Origin: a virus
Lineage: Duplodnaviria; Caudoviricetes
Strand: one strand, 5' to 3'
DNA length: 29,183 nucleotides
Virus record (IMG/VR): IMGVR_UViG_3300034025_000019
Location: 1 to 29,183 of that record
Below are positions 18,041-25,719 of the stretch, one piece after another (the stretch's first letter is position 1; each line of letters starts with the position of its first letter). Under the pieces are notes generated by a model. It was not told the origin of the DNA. It saw nothing but the letters and a program-made list of their open reading frames with translations, and made no database searches. Both the position numbers and the translations under genes were made by a program.

Positions 18041-18123
18041 TTGCGGTAATCCTTATCGGTGAAATAGCCCAGTGTCGCAAAGAGATAAACGACGCTGATA
18101 ATCGCCACGCATGCATAAATCAT
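18037..18123 (-). CDS. Unannotated 28-aa single-pass membrane peptide
   Basis: MIYACVAIISVVYLFATLGYFTDKDYRK*; ATGA overlaps with both neighbours exactly fill the apparent intergenic gap. Confidence 0.7.
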   Translation of the reverse strand: MIYACVAIISVVYLFATLGYFTDKDYRK

Positions 18124-18416
18124 CGGACGAAAATAAAATCAATGTATGTCCAACCCCACCGCGTATAGATAATAAAACTGGTTCCGGTAGTGGGTGGCGT
18201 AGTGCGGGCAGGGCGGGCGCGGATGGCGATAAACTGCCACCACCGCCATGTAACCGGGCCGTGCAAATGAATGCGTAGCTTGTTCGGCAGCAGCCAGAAA
18301 CGCGGCCACACGATGCGGAAATCGCAATGCTTCCACGTGACGATAATTGCTGCGGTCAACGCCAGCAGCGCAACGCCAAGCATAAACAGCAAAATCAAAC
18401 ACATAAGTTTCAGCAT
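18120..18416 (-). CDS. Hypothetical membrane protein (N-terminal TM, Trp-rich)
   Basis: GAGGA RBS; ATG 2 nt after the upstream stop; long hydrophobic N-terminus. Confidence 0.6.
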   Translation of the reverse strand: MLKLMCLILLFMLGVALLALTAAIIVTWKHCDFRIVWPRFWLLPNKLRIHLHGPVTWRWWQFIAIRARPARTTPPTTGTSFIIYTRWGWTYIDFIFVR

Positions 18417-18418
18417 AG

Positions 18419-19219
18419 CTAATCCTCAAATCCAGGGATAACAGCCTCAGCCTGACAACGGCAATTTGGCTCTTCACCGGGCATTATATATTCGCCGTCA
18501 ATTAGGCAACCTTTCTCCGTTTCGTACAGTTCGCCATCCGCTTTTACGTGAAGTGGGCGAGGGTGCACACCGCCGCCACTGTGACGCCATCTCGATTGCG
18601 TCAGGCCAAGCGACAGCCTGCGCGCCTTGCTCATTACTGCCGTGGCTTTGTTTGACTGATCGCGAGCAATAAACGCCGCGCGGTTCTTGCTCTTGGCGCC
18701 CAGGCTCAGCAATTCAGTTTGAAGCGTCTGCAAATCTCGGCCGGCTTGAACGCTACGCATTACAGCACCCTCAACGGCGGTAAGGTGCTGAGACGGAATT
18801 GATTTAATCAACGCGATGTTTTCGCCGATGACACTTTGCAATGCGTCTTTCATCTCGGGGGTTTGAGTGAATTTAACGGTGAAGCCCACATCACGTAACG
18901 TGCGCTTCATTACCGCTTCCGCTGCCGCGTGCGTCTGCGTGGCGAATGCGTCTGCAATCTTCGCAGACGCATCATTAAATTGCTTCGTCCATTTTTTGCC
19001 CAGGTTGGACATCATCGTGCGCAAGGCATTAACGGGCGATGCGTCCATTGCCATTGCTGGCGGATTGGCGCGGTATGTCGCCGTGAGCCAATACGACACG
19101 GATTTATTCATGTCGTCAATCATTCGATCAAGCTGCTTGCGGTATGCGGCTTCGATGCCCAGGTTGGCGCGCACTGGCTTTAATATGATCGGCTTTTTAC
19201 CGGGCGCGCGCAGCTTCAT
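18419..19219 (-). CDS. Head morphogenesis protein (Mu gpF / SPP1 gp7 family)
   Basis: N..LIKSI, RA..IARDQ..K, W.HS...PRP.H and PGEEPNCRC motifs. Confidence 0.88.
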   Translation of the reverse strand: MKLRAPGKKPIILKPVRANLGIEAAYRKQLDRMIDDMNKSVSYWLTATYRANPPAMAMDASPVNALRTMMSNLGKKWTKQFNDASAKIADAFATQTHAAAEAVMKRTLRDVGFTVKFTQTPEMKDALQSVIGENIALIKSIPSQHLTAVEGAVMRSVQAGRDLQTLQTELLSLGAKSKNRAAFIARDQSNKATAVMSKARRLSLGLTQSRWRHSGGGVHPRPLHVKADGELYETEKGCLIDGEYIMPGEEPNCRCQAEAVIPGFED

Positions 19220-20646
19220 TCGTCCCCCGGTGGTGTCGCTTCCGGCTCTTCTGGCCGCTCGGGCATCGCGCTCACGTCAATCCCGTTGAAGCCGCTATGC
19301 GGGTCACCGGCAACGCGCTCGCGCACTTCCTCGGGACTGACTGCGCCCATTGCAACATAGATGTCGGCGGTCTCTGCGTCGGCCTTGCGGTTGGTGGCAA
19401 GCTCGCCTTCGTCCTGATCCCACAGCGGCACAAAGTCAAAAGTGATATCCGGATCAATAACACCGAATTTGGATAGCTGGATCAATTCAAGCACTTGCAC
19501 CAGATTTGGCCGGAACATGACGTTTTGCATGTCAAGGATGTGATCGTAGAAAGTGCGAATCTCGCCTTCGCTGGATGCGTTCAGCCCTGCCGGCGTAATG
19601 CCCAACAGGATCGTTAGCGGCATACTCGCCACACTTGCCATGTGTTCCTGCGCCTGGGCCTGCAACTTGTCCACCGTGCCAAGCGGGGTATTGACTTGAA
19701 TGAACTCTTCCGCGTCCTTGTCGAGCACCATTAAATCTTGATTGTCACGTAAGCCGGTAAAAAGCTGCGCGCGGCCAAGCAACCCTTCACCGTCACCATC
19801 GGCCAGCACATCACCCATATTCGTTGCAAGAACCGATGTGCTGAAGTTGCGCAGCAGCTTGCCAACACTGTTGCGGGTTTTAATCCAGTTATCAACGTAG
19901 GGGCGGGCAAGCTGGGACATCGACATACCGCCGAAGTTATAGGACGGCTTGAGCATGTCGGGCACTGGGCGCCCAATGAACGTGAGTAGTCGCGTAGTGT
20001 GCACACGCTTGCCCATGACGTACCACAGCGACGGATTGAAATACGCGTCCGACAGCGGATTGGCTGCATCGTAGCGGTCAGGGTAGGTGTACATCGCTTC
20101 AACGATCTTGAACTTTTGCAGCTTGTCCTTTAATACCGCAGCGCTTTTAAACAGCGGCATCATCAAGATATTTTCGTCCTGCTGTTCGCCCAGGTCGATA
20201 AACAGTTGTGCGCGCCCCATGAAGCCATCAAGCTTGGCAGCTTCACCGAACAGTTCGCGCACCTTCAGCCGTTCCATTTCATCTTCAATGGCTTTAATCA
20301 GCGGGCCGTTATCTTTGTCGCCTTTGGATCGAATCTTAATCCATTTGCGCGTCATCGCCATAGCCGTCTTTTCGGACAGCATGCGGTATTCGGCCTGTTG
20401 CGTGTATTGAACGAGCGTAGGGTATCCGGGGAACCGATCCAGGCAACACAGAATGTCGCTGATGTAGCTGTAGTGGTTCGCGTAGCTTTCGTCCAACGCC
20501 AACTTCTCAGCAGCAGGGATCACGCCCGGCGCAACGGTGGGTGCGTGGTGATAGCTCTCAACGGGCGCGGCAGCGGTGCCCCCCTTTGCCCACGCCATCA
20601 AAGTGGAAAACAACCGCACCTTCATAGGGGGCTTTGCGTCACTCAT
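19216..20646 (-). CDS. Portal protein (DUF1073)
   Basis: FPGYP.L....Q..EYR, MTRKWI, VH.TRL, LKPSYNFGG.S and LLGITP.GLNASSEGEIR.FYD motifs. Confidence 0.9.
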   Translation of the reverse strand: MSDAKPPMKVRLFSTLMAWAKGGTAAAPVESYHHAPTVAPGVIPAAEKLALDESYANHYSYISDILCCLDRFPGYPTLVQYTQQAEYRMLSEKTAMAMTRKWIKIRSKGDKDNGPLIKAIEDEMERLKVRELFGEAAKLDGFMGRAQLFIDLGEQQDENILMMPLFKSAAVLKDKLQKFKIVEAMYTYPDRYDAANPLSDAYFNPSLWYVMGKRVHTTRLLTFIGRPVPDMLKPSYNFGGMSMSQLARPYVDNWIKTRNSVGKLLRNFSTSVLATNMGDVLADGDGEGLLGRAQLFTGLRDNQDLMVLDKDAEEFIQVNTPLGTVDKLQAQAQEHMASVASMPLTILLGITPAGLNASSEGEIRTFYDHILDMQNVMFRPNLVQVLELIQLSKFGVIDPDITFDFVPLWDQDEGELATNRKADAETADIYVAMGAVSPEEVRERVAGDPHSGFNGIDVSAMPERPEEPEATPPGDE

Positions 20647-21383
20647 AGCGTAATTTCCTGTCCTGTTCGATATGTGAAAGTGGGTGTGCCGGTAACAGCC
20701 ACGGTGCGCAACCGGGCGTAATAGCCTGCGGGGATCATACCCGACACCTGCCCGCTGACGATTTGAACGCCCAGCAAGGCCACCGCCAGCGTATAGGTTT
20801 GGCTGTTGCCTGCAATCCCCACGGTCTGCACATTGGCGGTGAAAGTTGCGTTGCTGGCGACTTCCAATATCACTTCACCGTTTTGACCCGATGCGATACT
20901 CGCCGAGGTGGTCATTTGAACGGTGTACATGCCCAGGACATCGCGTGTTGCATTGGGTTGGAAGATGGCCCCCAATGTTCGCGTAACGCTCGCCTGAGTG
21001 CGTGTGGGGACCACTGCCGCCGCGCCTGCCGGCCCGGTTGCACCCGTCAAGCCAATTGGCCCTTGAGCACCATCTGCGCCAGCAGGGCCAGTGCTACCCG
21101 TGGTGGTCGGCACGGTGAGGTAGCCATTGCTATCGATGACGAACTGCGGTCCCATGCGGAAGCACCCGACCGTTCGCCCAATAACGCTGCCGTCAGCGCC
21201 GTCCATGTAGCGCAGGCACTTGACGCCGGCAGCAGGGAAGGGGGTCGCCATCTGGTATTTGGTGGCACCCACTCCGAGCTTAATTTCTCGCAAGTCGCCG
21301 TCGCCTGCATATACTGCAAAGACTGGCAACACCATAAGTAAGGTTGCCAGCATTGCCATCATAGCCAAACTGATTTTGCGCAT
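20643..21383 (-). CDS. Collagen-repeat protein with signal-peptide-like N-terminus
   Basis: MRK plus hydrophobic stretch plus VYA; eight G-X-Y triplets; beta-rich C-terminal domain ending IPAGYY.RLR. Confidence 0.7.
   Translation of the reverse strand: MRKISLAMMAMLATLLMVLPVFAVYAGDGDLREIKLGVGATKYQMATPFPAAGVKCLRYMDGADGSVIGRTVGCFRMGPQFVIDSNGYLTVPTTTGSTGPAGADGAQGPIGLTGATGPAGAAAVVPTRTQASVTRTLGAIFQPNATRDVLGMYTVQMTTSASIASGQNGEVILEVASNATFTANVQTVGIAGNSQTYTLAVALLGVQIVSGQVSGMIPAGYYARLRTVAVTGTPTFTYRTGQEITL
21024..21098 (-). repeat. Collagen-like (Gly-X-Y)8 repeat
   Basis: GST GPA GAD GAQ GPI GLT GAT GPA G. Confidence 0.85.
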
Positions 21384-21385
21384 GA

Positions 21386-21739
21386 TTAATACCCCCTGAA
21401 AAGAACGTCATAAGACACACCGTTAGATTGCACGGTGATGGTTTCGTACTGCGTCATTACGTCTACGCTTGGGGCACCGTCGATCATCTGGCCGGATTGA
21501 GCGCTGAGTGTTGCACCGTTCGCGCTTGCGTCGATCTTCTTCAACGTGAAAATGCTGCCGATACCTGCACCATATGCGGCGGCAGCGGTAGGCAATATCA
21601 TGGTGACGGGACCATTGGCGGCGTTGACTAGGATTACATCGTCGCTCACGTCGAGCAAGCCGCTTGTATTGGTGGTCCGTGATGCGGCGGCGAAGGCGGG
21701 CGATACCGCTACACCCGCCTTTGAACTTGGAAAAGCCAT
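21386..21739 (-). CDS. Small fibre-type beta-domain protein
   Basis: ILVNA....VT.ILP.A...G..F.LKKID.S.N...IDG......QYE..TVQSNG resembles a domain common in phage fibre proteins; GGGGG RBS. Confidence 0.6.
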   Translation of the reverse strand: MAFPSSKAGVAVSPAFAAASRTTNTSGLLDVSDDVILVNAANGPVTMILPTAAAAYGAGIGSIFTLKKIDASANGATLSAQSGQMIDGAPSVDVMTQYETITVQSNGVSYDVLFRGY

Positions 21740-21799
21740 ATAAATACCCCCGTTTGGTTGATGGACGGCGGGCGTTTATTCGGGCCGCGCGGCGAAATT

Positions 21800-22060
21800 T
21801 TACCGCACTTGCCACTTATCAAGTGTTACGCCGGTAAAACGGACATGTGACACTGGGGCAAGGATCGCAACATTGATCATTGAACCAATCTCAGCGTCTC
21901 GCGCGGGGGTGTAAAAAGTCCCGCCGCCATCGGACGACAGTTCAATCAACCGCCCAGGTGCTGAGCTATTTAACGTGGCAGTCATTGGGGCAGTGTTGCC
22001 ACCCACATTGACGGTAACGGGAGTATTGTCGGCAAGGACGCCGGATTTAAGCAAATTCAT
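21800..22060 (-). CDS. Hypothetical small beta-rich protein
   Basis: 86 aa; AAAGG RBS; no family recognised. Confidence 0.65.
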   Translation of the reverse strand: MNLLKSGVLADNTPVTVNVGGNTAPMTATLNSSAPGRLIELSSDGGGTFYTPARDAEIGSMINVAILAPVSHVRFTGVTLDKWQVR

Positions 22061-22178
22061 TTGATAGCCTTTCGGGCGAGATATGCAAAGCCGTGCATTG
22101 AGCGCGGCGCAAAGTAAATAAAGTGGTGAACGGGCGCCAGGAAAGCACGCCCCGTAACAGCGGCAGGGGCGAGGTATA

Positions 22179-22511
22179 TCACGTTACAGGCCAAGTGCCG
22201 TTGTAATGCACACCGTCGTTACCTTGAATGGTCAGCAGGCCATGCCCGCCAACGTCCAAAGTTGAATCAAAGCTGAACGTAAGAGTACCGTTAACGTCCG
22301 TGCTTTCCGTGGCCGATTGATACCGCGCAACGGTCGTCAAATGGGGCTTTGCTTCGTCAAAAAACGAAACGCTCAGGTTCGTTAAATTGGCGGCGGGGCC
22401 ATCTTCATTACCAAGCGTGATCGACACATTGCGGGTTGCCATGATAGGTGGGGTGTCCGAAGAGGGTAGGGTGCCCGTTGGGGCGCTTGATGTTGGGCCG
22501 AATGATGGCAT
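22179..22511 (-). CDS. Hypothetical Ig-like/beta-sandwich protein
   Basis: 110 aa, Thr/Ser-rich beta pattern; TAATG coupling to the esterase gene. Confidence 0.62.
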   Translation of the reverse strand: MPSFGPTSSAPTGTLPSSDTPPIMATRNVSITLGNEDGPAANLTNLSVSFFDEAKPHLTTVARYQSATESTDVNGTLTFSFDSTLDVGGHGLLTIQGNDGVHYNGTWPVT

Positions 22512-24169
22512 TATCCCACCCTTATTGCGTCTGGAGTTGGTTGTAGGGGTAGACCTGTCATTTGATCTAAAGCATTTGCATTGGTTGGATAAACAAAATT
22601 ATCGTAGATCAAATTAGACACGTCAGGGTGATAACTGCGCTCCGTGTAATATTTATGGCCGCAATGTTTGATATAAAACGTTGCCGGCGCACCAGTGGCC
22701 GTTACGCGGATTTGTGTTGCTGAAAGAATAGTTACGTTGGTAATGGCAATATCCGTTCCAGAAAAATCCAAAGCAGTATTACCATACCAACCGGTAATAG
22801 GGGAACCGGGTGTAACAGCGGCTAGACCTGTGCCACCTTCGTGCGCAACGGTCAATGTGATGTTGTCGCCCGAACGAGTAACAGCACCCGTTAGGCGCGG
22901 ACCAGCGGCACCATAAGGTACTAACGTAGGCTCTAAAACATGCTGAAAAGCTTGTGTCAAGCGGCGATTACCCTGCCGCGCTTGCTGACCACCAAAGTGC
23001 AAATCATCTGACGTAAAAGCAGGGTCAAGATCAATACAATTCCAACCTACGCGCACGTCCCATCCTACCGTACCAGCGTACGTAACAAGATCGTACACAG
23101 CACCGCGCAAAACTTCTGCGAATGGCACATTGCCCGACGTTGGATATACGCCCATGATTGCAAACAGAAAAGTAAGCTTTGACGGCGGCCTACCAAACTT
23201 GGCAACCTGATCTAAATGCATCTGGCAAAATTGTTTCAACACTGCCAAACGCTCAGCGCGAGTAATCGTTGCCCCTGATGCTTCGCCCTGATGCCATGCT
23301 ACAACGCGATAGTCGCCGCGAAACACGTTCGGCGGCGAATTAAACCCAATTGTCCCGGCGTCCGTACCGGTATCCACCATAATGTTATGCGGGGTTTGAC
23401 CCACCGTTAAAAAGGGGCCGATACCCGTACCATTGAAAGCATTTACATTCATACCAAATCCGATTTCTCGGCCGGCTTTATCTTTCAAACGGTCAGCCAC
23501 ATTGCGAATAAGCGCCAAACCACCAGCCGCACCGTAATCATAATCACCCGCGCCGCCATGACCAAAATCAATAAAACCAAAATTGGTAAAAAATGCGGTT
23601 GAGCTTTGCCGGTAGTAAGCACCTTCGTCAGTGTTATAACCGTCCCCCGCCCAACCGGGAACATTGGCAAATGTACCACCACCGATCAATGTTTTGATCA
23701 TATTCGATTGGCCCCAGGATAAACCATTCGGCCCAACTGAGAATTGCGCGCCGTCAAGCGAGATAATTGCCCCATTCGTACCAACACGGATTTGACGGCG
23801 GTATCTCGCACCGGCGCGTACGCCTGTCAAATAACCGATACCAACCCCGTCAGTAACCGTAACTGAGTCGCTAATATTTGTCCAATCTGCCCCAGGGATA
23901 GCAGTGCCGTCCACGTCGATGACACGCGCGTAAATTGACGTGGGTTGACCACCGGCGAAGGTGAACATATACGGGACATCGGTGGTCGTATCGTTACTAG
24001 CCGCCGTAGTTTGGATATTATATTTAGCTGCCGCGAAAATACGTTGCAAAGGGGTTAAAGTAATAGCTGTAGTTGGGTTTGTTGGCACTGCGACCACGGG
24101 GTTAACGATCAATGGTTTGCCCCCCAATAGCCGAATATGACCCGATTGGTCTAACAAAAATTTACTCAT
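22511..24169 (-). CDS. SGNH/SASA-type carbohydrate esterase (sialate O-acetylesterase-like), probably virion-associated
   Basis: WGQSNM (catalytic Ser block), WHQGE block and DDLHF (DxxH-type) in the correct order; beta-rich flanking domains. Confidence 0.75.
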   Translation of the reverse strand: MSKFLLDQSGHIRLLGGKPLIVNPVVAVPTNPTTAITLTPLQRIFAAAKYNIQTTAASNDTTTDVPYMFTFAGGQPTSIYARVIDVDGTAIPGADWTNISDSVTVTDGVGIGYLTGVRAGARYRRQIRVGTNGAIISLDGAQFSVGPNGLSWGQSNMIKTLIGGGTFANVPGWAGDGYNTDEGAYYRQSSTAFFTNFGFIDFGHGGAGDYDYGAAGGLALIRNVADRLKDKAGREIGFGMNVNAFNGTGIGPFLTVGQTPHNIMVDTGTDAGTIGFNSPPNVFRGDYRVVAWHQGEASGATITRAERLAVLKQFCQMHLDQVAKFGRPPSKLTFLFAIMGVYPTSGNVPFAEVLRGAVYDLVTYAGTVGWDVRVGWNCIDLDPAFTSDDLHFGGQQARQGNRRLTQAFQHVLEPTLVPYGAAGPRLTGAVTRSGDNITLTVAHEGGTGLAAVTPGSPITGWYGNTALDFSGTDIAITNVTILSATQIRVTATGAPATFYIKHCGHKYYTERSYHPDVSNLIYDNFVYPTNANALDQMTGLPLQPTPDAIRVG

Positions 24170-25719
24170 TACGCCACCGTCACGAACAGGGGCACGCCGG
24201 TGCCGTCGTCAATAGGGGCAACATAACCATCTGCCGTGGCAACCCACAGATACCATTTTTCACCAGCAACCTTATTACCGCTGACGTTCCAAATGACAGG
24301 ATTAACCGAGTACATACCATAATAGCTGTCACCCGGATTGACCCAACTGGTCACGCGGTAACCGGCGTCAACACCATTTGCGTGGGCCGTAATAGGGTCT
24401 GACGTACTGTTAAAGTTAATTGGCGCGACGGTTGGCGATTTGCTCCAACAAGTCTTGATGGCAGATGCAGGCACGCCGGCTGCGGTTTTTACGTACACTT
24501 CGCAACGTATCCCGTCAGGTTGAGCAAAATACTGACCGCCGCTGGTAGTGGCGGTCAGTGGAGTATCCGGAAACCAGTGCCCGGCATTCGGCAATCCATT
24601 CGACGACGCAGTGCGCAGTTCATAAACCGGGGCGGATGAAGCGGCAACATTGTTTGTAATAGCTTGCGCACTAAAGTTCACCAATTGATTTGCAGGTGTC
24701 GCCAAATCACGAATATTGGCTGTACCTGGGGCGGTATATGCGACAGTGCGCGCCGCTTCGCCATTAACGAATGCTACTGAGCAAGTGAGGTTGATCGTAC
24801 TGCCCGAAACCGCAATACTTGAGACAGTGTGTCCGGCCACGGTGAATGACGACGCGACAGGTATGTTGCTAGGGTCGATTGTCTCGCTCATGGTCAAATT
24901 AACGACCGTTGGCGTTGCGTTGGCAACCGCTGCGCTAAGAACGGTAGGTGGCGTGGTGTCCGTGCTGGCAACGTTATTTGTGACAGCGACAGGCCCAAAC
25001 CCATTGGTTTGATTGCCTACGCCGTCTTGAATGGCATTCGATCCCGGTTTAACATAGGTGGCCGTAATGGCTGCGCCCGCTGCATACGGCGAATTAACGG
25101 TAAGACTGATGGTTGCACCGGAGCGCGCTACGCTACTTACCGTTTTGCCACCTGAAACCGTGAACGCCGCTGCGGCAGGTGTGAACGCCCCCAGCGTTTC
25201 GTTAAAGGTCAACACGATGACGGACGGTGACGCATTGGCAACCTGGGCTGATACGAATACCGGCGCGGAATTATCGGGGGCGCCCAAATAAGTAGCCAAT
25301 GCACCCAAACTCGTAATGTAATCAGTTCCTGCGATGTTCACCGCAATATTGGCGGAGCTTGTTAGCGCGGGCGCAGACGGTAGGGCGCTCAATGTGATGC
25401 CGTCCGCAAGGCTCAATGTCAACGCCGCGCTTACATCGCTGAAAACCATTTTGGTGCCCGCATTGAAGTTGATAGGCGATGCGCCAAAGTCGGGTGAGCG
25501 GGAAAAGGTGAACGGCAACAGTGATACAACAGTCCCGGTGCCACTTTCGGCCTGATTGGTATTGACGATGCTATAGGGGAAGGTGTCACCAACCGTAATA
25601 GGGGAACTTCCACCCAACGTGGTAAATGGGAAAAAGGTAGCGAGCGCGGCGCCCGCCAATATGAAATTTCCCGTGCCAACTGATGTGGACGTGTCTTGCA
25701 CTCGATTGCCGTATTTCAT
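24169..25719 (-). CDS. Virion fibre/adhesin-like protein with two SwmB-type Ig-like repeats
   Basis: N-terminal NRV.DTSTS.GTG.F.L.GA...INF.AGTK.VF domain recalled from phage structural proteins; two ~105-aa repeats; TAATG coupling to terL. Confidence 0.7.
   Translation of the reverse strand: MKYGNRVQDTSTSVGTGNFILAGAALATFFPFTTLGGSSPITVGDTFPYSIVNTNQAESGTGTVVSLLPFTFSRSPDFGASPINFNAGTKMVFSDVSAALTLSLADGITLSALPSAPALTSSANIAVNIAGTDYITSLGALATYLGAPDNSAPVFVSAQVANASPSVIVLTFNETLGAFTPAAAAFTVSGGKTVSSVARSGATISLTVNSPYAAGAAITATYVKPGSNAIQDGVGNQTNGFGPVAVTNNVASTDTTPPTVLSAAVANATPTVVNLTMSETIDPSNIPVASSFTVAGHTVSSIAVSGSTINLTCSVAFVNGEAARTVAYTAPGTANIRDLATPANQLVNFSAQAITNNVAASSAPVYELRTASSNGLPNAGHWFPDTPLTATTSGGQYFAQPDGIRCEVYVKTAAGVPASAIKTCWSKSPTVAPINFNSTSDPITAHANGVDAGYRVTSWVNPGDSYYGMYSVNPVIWNVSGNKVAGEKWYLWVATADGYVAPIDDGTGVPLFVTVA
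24640..25275 (-). repeat. Tandem ~105-aa SwmB-like repeats (intragenic)
   Basis: D..(A/P)P...SA.VANA.P.V..LT..ET....P.A..FTV.G..TVSS.A.SG.TI.LT......G.A.T..Y..PG...I.D....NQ...F....(V/I)TNNVA occurs twice (from aa 149 and aa 254). Confidence 0.85.

Noticed and set aside
18139-18477. Alternative 112-aa minus-strand ORF
   Set aside because: Overlaps the morphogenesis gene end; the 18120-18416 frame has the RBS and the ATGA coupling
19216-20646. Calling the DUF1073 gene an anti-CBASS Acb1 protein, as some automated annotations do
   Set aside because: Size, motifs and position fit a portal protein; no 2H-phosphoesterase HxT/S motif pair is apparent
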